Position numbers and translations under genes: made by a program. DNA of 63,998 nt, filler included, from Basidiobolus ranarum (Eukaryota): the NCBI GenBank assembly GCA_040143965.1. It is 9 parts of 9 records of this genome, joined end to end, with 100 filler letters (N's around TTAATTAATTAA, not from the genome) between each part and the next. Parts side by side here need not be neighbours in the genome. Positions count along the whole stretch, not along the records: positions 7,194 to 14,273 come from JASJQH010001182.1; positions 14,374 to 21,450 come from JASJQH010001183.1; positions 21,551 to 28,622 come from JASJQH010001184.1; 6 more parts are not named here. One strand, written 5' to 3'. Positions 12,550-24,233 of the stretch are shown one piece after another (position 1 is the stretch's first letter; each line of letters opens with the position of its first letter). The notes under the pieces were generated by a model. The model saw only the letters and a list, made by a program, of their open reading frames with translations. It was not told the origin of the DNA and made no database searches.

Positions 12550-14273
12550 ATGAAATCAGCTTCTTGCCTGTTACTTTGCTTATTCTCCTTCGCTACAGCC
12601 GATTTCTCCTCATCTCATCACATCCTCGCTTCACGGGATGGAAGATCTTGTCAAATCATCCGAGAGGGAACTACGCAACAAATCCGAGTGTTGAAAGACA
12701 CAGGTGATGTATTGGTTGAAGAACGCCCGCAAAAAGTCGACCATCATGGCTCAGCACCTACCCAAAGTGGTCGCATATTGGAACTTATCGGTCATGATCC
12801 AGATGCTGTTCGCAATAAACTCAACGAACATTGTGATCGCATCACAGAGGTGTCGAAGAAATTAGTGGCTAGGGCTATTAGTGATGAGGTGATTCCGATT
12901 AGTAAGAGCGGAGATCCAGCAAACCGTATTGATGTGGTGTTCATGGGTGATGGTTACCAAGAGTCCGAAAAACAGCGTTTTGTCAATGATATGAAGCGGT
13001 TAACAGAGGAAATGTTCACTGGTAACACTTTTGCATCTTACCTTCCTCTCTTCAATATCTGGGGTTTATTTAGGCCATCTGTGGACTCAGGAATTGGTAT
13101 TGGAGGTAAACCAAAAGACACCCCATTTGGACTATATCGGGATGGTACTGAGCTTCGAGGAATTTACCCTGCCAAAGAAGATGAGGCTCGAGCTGCTTGT
13201 AACGCTTTGAAGCCTTATCAATGCGATTTTCCAAGTTTAATCGGAAACGATGACTATTATGGCGGTCTTGGTGGAGAATTCGTCATATCCACTCGCTCTC
13301 CTACATCCGGTACCATTGTTCTTCGCCATGAAATGGGCCATAGCTTTAATAAAGTAGGAGAGGAGTATGACGGGGGTGAGGTGTATGAAGGAGTGAATTC
13401 TGCCCCTTCTCTAGATCAAATCACTTGGAAACAATGGCTTACAGGGCCTCTTAAAGAGCAGCGAAACGTCCAAAGAGTACAAAATTACGCATGGTATGAT
13501 CTTGCAAAGGGACCATATAATATCTCCTTTACTTCTGACGGAAAATACGATCGCTGGTTCATGAGACTCAGTGTTTCTGGAGCTGAGGTTCCTGACTCTT
13601 TTGAGGCTTTCCTTGATGGAAAGCCTCTTGCCTGGAATACATCAGGAATTCTCGATCGTAGCTTTTACACATGGTTTGAAGACCAATCCCCACTTAGCGC
13701 AGGCAATCACACGTTATTATTTAAATCTGGGATCGAAGCTAAACCTGGTGCACCAATCAGACAATTGTGTTCAGTAACTTTACATGAATATGGCAAAGAG
13801 CCAGAGTATCATTGGGATAATGCTTATATCAATGCATATCCAACTTTCGATATCAAGCAACGTAAAACCTATCGTCCTAGTAATGAGCGTTGCCTGATGC
13901 GTAACATGGCTTCAGAACAATTTTGCTCCCCTTGTAAAGAAGGTCTCTGGTTGAAGTTCCTCTCCCGTGTATCGGTCATTGACGAGCTTAAAGCGACTCC
14001 AACTCAAAATGGAATAGATGTTGCGATCAACCTGGCGCCTATTAAGCTTGCTCACCTACGAAAGAAAAGCGTGAACGATGAGAAGTACACACTTACTTGG
14101 TACAAAGATGGCAAAATACAGCTACAATACACCAACAAGTATACCTTCACCTTACCCAAGAAACAAGCTAGTGGTGAATGGACTGCCAATCTTCATTTCC
14201 AGACCAATGAAGTTCGTGCAGATCCTGAAAACCTTTTGACCTCGAGGAAGTCGAGCAGAATATGTTCGTCGCG
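12550..14273 (+). CDS. Secreted peptidase M64 (IgA peptidase-like zinc metalloprotease), intronless; runs to contig end
   Basis: Signal peptide; RIDVVFMGDGY; YGGLGG; LRHEMGHSF...GEEY (HExxH); YRPSNERCLMR...FCSPC. Confidence 0.9.
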
Positions 14274-16853
14274 NNNNNNNNNNNNNNNNNNNNNNNNNNN
14301 NNNNNNNNNNNNNNNNNTTAATTAATTAANNNNNNNNNNNNNNNNNNNNNNNNNNNNNNNNNNNNNNNNNNNNACTAGCTATTTCCCTTTACAGGATTCA
14401 ATTATGTCTATTTACTATCAGTTTAATTTTAATGAATCTGATATCAACTTGGTGAGCGAAATTCCGGGGAATTTTCCGTTACTAGGTACAATTTCTACTA
14501 CCCATTGGAACTACTTAATTTCGATGGTAATTTATCGTCATACACCACCCCCTCTCTCAGTAGCCAATAGTCAGCAATAAGGTAATGATCTTCTGCGAAA
14601 TTCCGGAATACAGTAAGAAAGGCAATTAACTATGCGAATCTCCAAGCATCCTTTCAAGCAGTTGGTGATTGCGGTACCAAGGTGGTTTTCAATAAAGAAA
14701 TACTTGTGATAGCTGATCTTCCGTATGGCATGATGAATAACGTATCATTTCGGCTTGAGATTTGGGCTTGAAAAGTGATGGAATATATACACCCAATGGT
14801 GATAGGAATTTTGACGGTTCTTCAATCTTTAGTCATGGGTTTGATAACAACGTTGATTGTCGTAAATGAAACAAAGTGGGCGCTAGTGGAAAAAAGATGA
14901 CGAAAACAATATTTGTACCATAACGATTCTTAGTCATTGTGCACTCGATCATTAAGCATTTCTATCATTCTTGTTTCCCAAATGTCTAAATAAAACGAGC
15001 TCAAAAAGCCTACAGGTGTCAAATTCATGCAGTCCGGAGAAGTATCTCCACCTAGATATTAGCAATGGCAACATTTTTTGAACATCACGATCATTAAATA
15101 AATGGATGGTTAGTGTTAGTACTCTGACATGAGCGATGAATCAAGTTTGATTGGAGCACCATCTACAAATCTGTATATGACTAAGAAGCATTCGGTCGGA
15201 AATTCGGATTCCGATATCTTATGCGAAAACTGGTAACCTCACTTCAATCAGACTGAGTCAATATGCATTCGAAAAGTCTAATTTACAGTAATGATCTTTT
15301 ATGTACGGATGCCATGTTGCTGATAGGCATAAAATCAATGTACATAGAATGTCTACATGGCAGTCAAGTAATACAGAAGATGCAGGCTTTGGGCCCAATG
15401 GAAAGGAAATCCAAGGCACGGATCTTCAAACATTTGCTCCGCAATGAGGCATATATCTCAGTTGAGATCCAACATCATCCGGACAAACTCAACTCTTTGG
15501 CAAGTACCCCAAAGAATGTCCTCCTCTCACGGTATCGGAGAGAGTTAGCAATACGAAGGAAAGGAAAGCCACTATGAGATCTGATACCAAGCCAAATGTC
15601 AGTCTTCTTAGCATTGTACTTGATACATTTGTAGGGCAACATATGCGATAGCTCTAACACTAGGTGGAGTTAATCGAGCAGGTTAGTCACACCAGGGTTG
15701 CTGTAGAAGACTAGACACTACCGGGATCATCACCCCATTACTTGCGCTATTCTCTAGAATCCACTTAGCTCCATCACGACGTTGTTGCATTTGTCTACGG
15801 ATCCAGTAACGGAAATTACTTTGCCAGTTAGTTTTGAAGAAGCCTTTGATTCTTAAAGTGTTAGAAATCAAGATTGAGACTGCATGGGCAATGGCAGTTC
15901 TGAGGCATGCATAGTACAATGCAGTGCAGTGTAATGTATCAAATACTCTGGTCTATCAACATTGATGAATGTTTATTCCAACTGATTGCTTGTAGAGTTG
16001 ATATCAGGGCCGCAACGTGGCACACTGCTCATCGGCTTCACTCATCTCTAATGAATTCGCGAGAAGCCCCTACCATATCCAAATTGGGAGGTCAGGGAGA
16101 CTTGACCCTAAACTAAAAATGACTGGAATGAGCTGAGATGTGACGACGAATCATTTATACTTCTGATATCAGGTTGGGAATATATTCGATGACAGCTTAT
16201 TTTGAACAATTAATGGCCAAGGCCTATTTATGGACACAAAGCGCTTGCCTCTTTTGTCAGCCGTCAGTTAAACTTCTCCAATTAATAGTGTGCACATTTA
16301 TTGTTAGAATAAGTTCGAGTCCGCAGCGTCTGATCTGTGACGAATCTGGCATAGAAGCCTTAGATACAAGTAGATGAATCACATGTAAGATAAGGGTTAG
16401 TAGGGCATTTATAACGTAACGATCGCATTCTCTTCTATATTTGGAGTATATTCTGCATATAAGCAGGGAGAACATATGAGTGATTTTCCTTAACTCATCA
16501 ATATTACTATACAGCGCTGTGGAAATGAAAAGTTGGTGATAATTAACTGATCACTTCATACAAATTGAAAATAGGATGCCATCCTGAGGTGATTAGTCTG
16601 ATCTGGCGCTTGTTAGGTTTCCGCAGGCTCAAACGTATGCTCATTCCGGAATTATTACTCTTGAGCAAATATATATATACTTCCATTCAATCACTCGTCA
16701 CAATATCTCCGATCCCTTGGCCTAACGTTGCTATCCCTTTCTTTCAATTCTTAGTTGGTTGCATCGTGCACGTATATTAAACGAGACTCCTCTTATACTG
16801 CTTATTAGGCATCGGCTAATCATCTCCAAATTACACCGTCGCGTGGAAAAATA

Positions 16854-18080
16854 ATGCTTTATTCCGGCCATTCATCTACAACTCATGATAAAAGCCCATT
16901 TGAACCCAAGATTTATTATCTATCACCTGGAAAAGGCCTTCAGATTCCTTATCATCCACGTATTACAGAGAAAACCTTGCAACCTAGTGTCTTCGTCATA
17001 AATGAACTTTCATCACTCTCGACATTTGCCACATACAAAACGGTGCACACTTCGAATCTTTTTGAAGTGGATGTCCCCAGCCTCTCTAAGATTTCCCGTA
17101 GATTTGTTTTTTCAGCACTCAAACGCCAGAAAGCCGAAGGTAAAACTGAAGTACCATTCCGATGCCATCTAAAGAAGAAATTGAGGAAGAGAATGCGAAA
17201 GGACGATGTGTATCTAGATTTACCACTTCTCATTGCTCTAAAGAGTCGGAAGGATCTTTCACTCCAAGAATTGTATGGGTCATTTTCCGAAATGTTGGGT
17301 GCTGGCTCAGGTGGAATGGTCCGCTCTACGTATTCTATCACCACTGGGAAGAAGCATGCTATTAAAACGTATAGATCGATACGAGGGTCGGAGAGTAGAC
17401 GACGCTATTACGAGAACATCAGCAACGAAATATATATCGGCGCATCACTTGATCACCCTAATATCATTAAAACAGTGGATGTGACTATGGAGGGTGGTCA
17501 AATTCATCAAGTAATGGAGTTTTGTACCATGGATATGGTTACTCATTTTAAATGTGAACAGGTGGACCAAGATCAAATCAATCAATATTTTGTGCAAATG
17601 ATGAAGGCTTTGAGATATCTCCACCAAAGAGGGGTTGCACATCGTGATGTGAAGCTAGAAAACTTTTGCCTTGGTGAAGATGGCTATATTAAACTGATTG
17701 ACTTTGGCTGTGCATTTATCTTCAATGATCCATTGAACCACAACAGCCAAAAGTTAGCTACTTCAGTAACTGGTACTGATCCATATATTGCCCCAGAAAT
17801 ACACAAGGGTGAGGCTTATGATGCAGCAAAGGCAGATGTTTGGTCTGCTGCAGTTGTTCTAATATGTATGATCCTTCGAAAATTCCCCTGGGAGATTGCT
17901 CTGACGACTAACAAGGCATATGCTAACTATCTTGCTCACCGATGTGATGATAGTTTTTACAAACATATTCCTTCTGAAGTGACTCCATTACTCCGTTTAA
18001 TGCTAAATCCTAATCCAGTCCACCGCCCCAACGTTGAAGAAATCTTTGAGGACTGCTGGTTTCAATCTTTGTTAGACTAA
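16854..18080 (+). CDS. HAL/NPR (Sat4/Hal5-like) Ser/Thr protein kinase
   Basis: LGAGSGG, HAIK, EIYIGASLDHPNII, HRDVKLEN, DFG, GTDPYIAPE, DVWS. Confidence 0.9.
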   Translation: MLYSGHSSTTHDKSPFEPKIYYLSPGKGLQIPYHPRITEKTLQPSVFVINELSSLSTFATYKTVHTSNLFEVDVPSLSKISRRFVFSALKRQKAEGKTEVPFRCHLKKKLRKRMRKDDVYLDLPLLIALKSRKDLSLQELYGSFSEMLGAGSGGMVRSTYSITTGKKHAIKTYRSIRGSESRRRYYENISNEIYIGASLDHPNIIKTVDVTMEGGQIHQVMEFCTMDMVTHFKCEQVDQDQINQYFVQMMKALRYLHQRGVAHRDVKLENFCLGEDGYIKLIDFGCAFIFNDPLNHNSQKLATSVTGTDPYIAPEIHKGEAYDAAKADVWSAAVVLICMILRKFPWEIALTTNKAYANYLAHRCDDSFYKHIPSEVTPLLRLMLNPNPVHRPNVEEIFEDCWFQSLLD

Positions 18081-18999
18081 TTTACTTTTACACGTTAAGT
18101 GCATTCTCTCTCCTCCAGGCTATGTTAAGTCTTCTTTATGTTATGAAATAACTAGGGCCTCTGTACAGATTGTTTTCATATATTCAGTAGCTCAATATTC
18201 TATGTGTAATGTATACCCCAGTTTGTAAAGATATTTATTAGATGAAAATACCCAGGGCACAATAGTCTATATTGTACATATGTATGATTAGATGGATCCA
18301 ATATTTGGAGTGTTTTACAAACCTTTACAGAATTGGCTTGACCCAGAGAAACATCTAGTACCTATTCCTTGCTACTATGTCTCATTGATCGAAGCAATTC
18401 AAAACGACAATAAAAATATAAATTGAGCGCGCAATCTTTACCATTGTTAATAGAGTCACCATCTTTTAGAGTGGTTATATTAATATTAAGCGGGTTTTCA
18501 GAATTATTCTTAAGTTAGCCAGAATCGGAAGAGAGTTGTCTAGAACAGACACATACACCAATACAAGTTTAACTATAACACAAATTTCAAAAGTTGCGCA
18601 ACTGGAAAATATACAAAATATTGAGATTTGAACATTACAGGAAACCCGTACTTGAATTGGAAATCAGCCTGATGAAATATCCAGGCCAAATTCCAGCGTG
18701 CAACGTAATCAATACTAACAAAATATCTTCCCGCTTATAATGACAAATCAGTGGTTTGGAAACCCCTATGAGTAGGTTTTGGGCTATTTTTCCGAGTGTT
18801 CTAATTGTGGCTCAGCTGAGGAGGTAAAAGAGGTGTTGTACCTGTGAATCGTTGACCCTTTTCGATTAGCTACGTACTGAGGAGAAAAGTACGTCGGGCC
18901 GAAGAGTGTAGTTTGGTTGTAACCACTACGCCCAGATGAGAATCTTGTTTTACCAATCAAAAGGCCATTTTTGGAGATTTCATGAATCTAGCAGGTCAT

Positions 19000-19900
19000 T
19001 CCAGTCTCAAGGTTGTTCCGATCACAGTGTTGAGTGTTTATGGTATATACACCTGGCCCCATAAGGTCTTGATTTAAGTATTCTTGGGCATGCTTTGAAA
19101 TTCAACAAATCAGTGCTGGTCGTATCATCAATATTCCAGTTATATGTGCGTCCAACCAAGGGTAGATTTACTTGAGGCATCTTAGACGTTACCAGGGATC
19201 AGGTCAAACAAAAGTGTTGGGGATCGGAGGCAGGCAAAAGCCAGGTTGATACGCAGCTATAATGGATCCAATACTTCCACTTGAAAACAGATCAATACAT
19301 GTGAGTGAATTGTACTCCATATGTAAAGAAAAAGATTCCATGGTTATTCTAGAACTTATGAAGAGGTGGTAGAACTCGTTAAAAGACTTACTTTTCCACT
19401 AGTACAACGTATATCTGCATTCCTACTATCAATAGAATAGCAATACAGTTGGTTGCTCTATGAGCCTTGCATACTTGCCTGAAACACAAACCAACTGATT
19501 GATTTCGAATTGTGTTACTCCGATCATGATCGATGACCACAAATTGATATTTAACTTTGATGTCCTGCCCCAACCTATGGCGCTCGCCCATCTAATAACC
19601 ATTAAATGATTCGAGCTGCTCTACTCCCTAACCGGATATTGTGTGCACATGTGTGATTTATGCCTCCAAGCTTGAACCCAGCATCCCTTACGTTAGGAAG
19701 TGGTATCCGAGGAGCTACCTGGGAGATGAGTCATCAGTGAATGCCAAAATGACTGAGCTTGATAGGGACTTCTCCTCCAATGTCTAAACTAGATTGAAAT
19801 GCTTACACACAGAATGAACCTGACCTTGCGATCGTTATTTTTGATAGCATTTGAGTAACAGCTTGTCACATGAGTTTCCATACTGTCGTCAGAATGGGCC
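19000..19900 (-). mobile_element. Possible highly degenerate non-LTR (LINE) reverse transcriptase remnant
   Basis: Weak, frameshifted motif order on the minus strand: KSFNEF (KAFD-like), SPTLLF, NIDDTT (YADD-like). Confidence 0.3.
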
Positions 19901-20774
19901 AATCATTGGTCGGGCTCATTTGACATTTGGATATCTATGACACAGTAACAAAGCCTGCAGTTTGTTGATGTGCAGTGATATGGATTGCACTCATAGGATA
20001 GTATCAGAGGTCTCTACATCAATCTAAGATAGCTTCGCAGCTATGCACCGACGATAAAAAACTATCTAGATCCAATCATTTCTAGGGTCATGTGAATATA
20101 CCCTTCTTGATTTCGGGATGTTTATCTACCATGTTTGGGTCCTGAGGATTCGAACTAACGGTTGGCAAAAGCTGATGCTCTTATCGTAGATTCTTCTCTG
20201 GTCTCTCCAGCCACGAATTCTTGGATCTGAAATTGCCCCCTTTACTTTGACACTGTCTAACGCCTTAAAATCCTGATGGATTTATACCAATGATCACTCT
20301 GGAAAAGCCGATGTCGACTTTGGACTTCGGCCTACATGATTTCAAATCAAGTCCATTTTCTGATCCTGCTTGGATCAGTGAGCGCTTGTGCTATTCGAAT
20401 CCCAAAACTAACCAAAAGAGCAGTTCAACCATCTACTACTACGGGATCGTTACTGTATTGCAAACTCAAAGTATACATCTACAGACTAATACAGGATATC
20501 CTGGCCACATTTGTAGTTGTCAGTGCATTCCTACAAACCCTCTTTCGTAGGTTTCCTGCCCTTTCTGTTATGAGTCTGAACCCACAAGGTCTGAAACACT
20601 TCCGCCTGACTGCTCTAGCTGCATTGTAAAATGGGGCATAACTTCAAGTAAATATGAATATTTTATAAGACATTATGATCTGGCAAAATGTATTAGATAT
20701 ATACATGATAAATAATAGATATAAACAATGATCTAATAAGATTTCTAAATAATGTGATAAAAAAGGAATCATTG

Positions 20775-21450
20775 CTAATTCTGAAAATACTGGTGTGGTA
20801 TCAGCAGGGGATCATAGAATTCCTGACTGAATCTAGCCTCCGGGACATAGAGCCCAAGGTTGAACTGATCAAAGCTGCAGGCGCTTTGTTCATAATAGGG
20901 TGGAAAATGATATGGCCATGTTGCTTCATTAGGGAGCGAAATTTCCGAGAACACTGGCGAATCTAAGTCAGTGGTAATATCGAGCTCCTGTGTATCCAAT
21001 GCTAAATTTAATGGCATTTCGCCCAGTGTAACATCTAAAAAGGATGGGCGATTGCCCGAATTCAGGTGGGCACCATCTGCGGTAGGAGTGAAACAAGTGA
21101 GATTGGGATCCCCGCTGACCGGATACTCAGGACATCTCTGGTGTTTTTTATTGATACCGCATTCGCTTTTCTTACATTTTCTCTTTTGTTTCACTGGACT
21201 ATACTTGTAATCGGGATACTTTTCCTGGTGCTCTCTCTTGAATTCTTCGGCCAATTTCTGGTAGTATTCCTTCTCCTGGAAACTGGCGGTCTTCCACATC
21301 TTGCCAATTACTTTTGATACCTCTAAATTGGAAATCCCTCTATTTTGAGCGAAAACACTTGCTTGTTTGTCCTTACGAAACAAGAAGAACGGATTTGGTG
21401 GTCTACGTGGCTTCTCTACTTGGCTTTCCTTTAACTTGTTAGCAGCTGAT
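20775..21450 (-). CDS. MATA_HMG-box transcription factor (SexM/SexP/Rox1/MAT1-2-like class), 5' end cut by contig edge
   Basis: Frame open to the linker: KPRRPPNPFFLFRKDKQ...ISNLEVSKVIGKMWK...YYQKLAEEFKREHQEKYPDYKYSP. Confidence 0.9.
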
Positions 21451-21550
21451 NNNNNNNNNNNNNNNNNNNNNNNNNNNNNNNNNNNNNNNNNNNNTTAATT
21501 AATTAANNNNNNNNNNNNNNNNNNNNNNNNNNNNNNNNNNNNNNNNNNNN

Positions 21551-23167
21551 GTTAGGATAGTTGCTTAGAAATGCATTCATATCTATATCCCCTATATTTA
21601 AGACTGGATCGCTTGCGAGTAATGGATCAATACCAAGTGAAGATGCCAATGACTCAATATTCTGGTTCAGCTGATCCATTTCGCAAGTGATGTCTTCAAG
21701 TGATTTGTAAGTTCCATTTAGACAATTTGAAGGTGTGTCGTGAATAGAATTGAGTTGCGGATTTGGCGCAATGTTTACTGGGCTCGACTTCATTGATCCA
21801 ATTGGCTGGGAGCTAATACCGCTATTGTTAGATGGCAGTGTATGTGAGGCAGCTGGATTTGGTACTGGAAGTTCAATATTGGGAGCTATCAAAGCACTCA
21901 CGCCAGAAGGCTGTGGCAGAGAGTGCTTGGCAGTAAGAAGATCGATAGATGATGGCGCATCGCTCTTAGGATTTGGGTTGGCAGGTGTTGCACACTTGGA
22001 AGGTTCCGTATAGCTATGTGTAGTTCCATGCGACGTTACATTCTGTTGGGTAGAAGTAAAAATGGAAGGGTCTAAGTGGTAATGTGTCAGCTAGAAGTAG
22101 AGAATCACAAGTTATCTCAGAGAACTTACCAAAGCCGGGAATATTAAGAGCTGAAGAAAAATCCATTGTTGAAGGATCAAAATCCAGATTCAGGTCTTGA
22201 AAATCCTCATATTCCGCCTGAGTATCATCTGTGTTTCCAAGAAGCAATCTACGTTTTCTGGGTATGATTTCTTTACTTTTCTTATCTGATGAGAATACCG
22301 AAGCAAGAAAACGTAATATCTTATCAATGGTTTCTTGTTGTCCATTGTACTTCTCGCGAGATGAAAGGGTCTCTTGCCATAATTGCTGGTTTTCCTTTTG
22401 TAAATTCCTAAGATCAGCGCTGATGGTCAATTGATGCTTTCGAATAGAGGCGATCTCACCCATAACATTATTAAGATCTAAGCCACCACCCTCCTTCTCA
22501 TCTACCTCACGACCTCGTTTCCGAGTAACCAAGTAAAGTAGATCTGGTTGATTTTTCAAAAAATGAGGATTACTAAACTCCCAATGTTCTGCACCCTCAT
22601 CCGACTGTAATACACCTTGTTGAAGATGGGGAATTTTATGGAATCCATACATATTGAGTTGTCGAACAAAGCTAGAGAAATTATTATGTTTGAAAAATCT
22701 TGGAAGGACCTCTTTCGCAAACTCTTCGTGTTTAGTTACTATAATAAGTGATGTTTGGATTAGTTCATTAAAAGAACATGAAAATATAAGAATAGTCGAA
22801 GAAAATCTACAACAGACATACCTATAAAAGAAGTACCATCGTCTGACCAACGGATGAGCTCGTTAGTAGAGGAATCGCCTACCATTCTATGGAAGTTTAA
22901 GCTAGTGAGTAAATTGGAGAAAGAAACAAAATATTAAGTTGTACTTTACTTGTGAAGCTTGTTTAGGAAAGCAGGAACGTTTTTCGTGTTATGGGTCCGA
23001 GTAGATGAGCCAATGTTGGGGGTAGCGGGAGGAGAGGGTGTATGAGCTGGAGTTGTGATAATCGGCGTAGGAGAATCCGGAAGTTGAGTAAGTAGCGGTA
23101 ATTTGACATTGCCATCGACATTTGGGATCAATTGCTTGGGTGTGATATTGACGGTATTTTGTGTCAT
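21551..23167 (-). CDS. HSF1: Heat shock transcription factor (multi-exon, 3' end cut by contig edge)
   Basis: VPAFLNKL / MVGDSSTNELIRWSDDGTSF / FAKEVLPRFFKHNNFSSFVRQLNMYGFHK; coiled coil ending IDKILRFLASVF. Confidence 0.92.
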
Positions 23168-24233
23168 TACGCTTTCAGAGAGGCAAATGAAAATATTGAG
23201 TAGATACAATTCACAGATCAACAACTAAAAGTGTTCTTCCAAGTGTATACCAAAGCAAACCCACTAATCCTCGTTTTTAGTAAAACGAATAATATAATAT
23301 TCTAAACATCGGGATGAGGGTTACAAATATTTTTGGTGTCCTGATCGCACGTGACTTGACCGAATAAATGAGGTACCTGTCAAGCATTGACGTTGCAACG
23401 ACCATTGAGATTATATTACACTGTAATAGAGTAATTATGTGGTAACGAAATTCATCGAAATGGAAAGCAAAGTAAGGTGATCCAAGTTCCTAAAATCCAA
23501 TTCAGAGCTGCTCGACGATATATACTGAATTAAACTGCTCTTTTTGAATTGATATTACGCGAGAAATAATTGCACTTTAAACTTGGCCAATCAACTTTTG
23601 AGGTATGGATTTAAGCTCCCGAAGTACAGTAGCAAGGATATATTATACGTATAAAATTTTATTATCTAGATATGAGCTTGGAGTTTTTCTTCACCAGTTG
23701 CCAATCCTTTGTTTTTGGAAGTAAAACTGCACGATCTGATATGATCTTGGCGTTGTTATTGGGTACTCCGTATCTCGTGATGATTCGACATAGATCCAGT
23801 AGACATTGGATACGCTGAATCTCACTTAAAAGATAAGTGAAATTCGTATATTTGATTGTTGACTTTATGCAGAGAAAAGAAAGCTCTTGGTGTGATGGAT
23901 GTTCTGATCATTGTTGATAATATAATGGATGCTTCGATATACTGGTTCAATTTGAAACACTATGACTGTTATAGAGTAATCGCGTAACTGCACATTTACA
24001 CATGTGCATTGAATATGCAGCCATCCAACAATTGCCAAGTTTCAAGATGTATTACTGACTTTCTAATAGACATTAAGCCAATCCTTTGTGTACCATATTG
24101 TATACGGGGTTTTCGAAAGTTTTATTTTCTTCTGGCTATCAGTAAGCTGAGTTGCTTGTGTTATATACCAAACAAGTCTAGTTGATTAATTCTCATACAA
24201 GTGAGGTCGAAAGTGAAGGTCAAGGGGTAGTGA

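Noticed and set aside
20775-23167. HMG box and HSF as one fused or adjacent gene on the minus strand
   Set aside because: Separated by an artificial linker (21451-21550); each is truncated at its own contig edge
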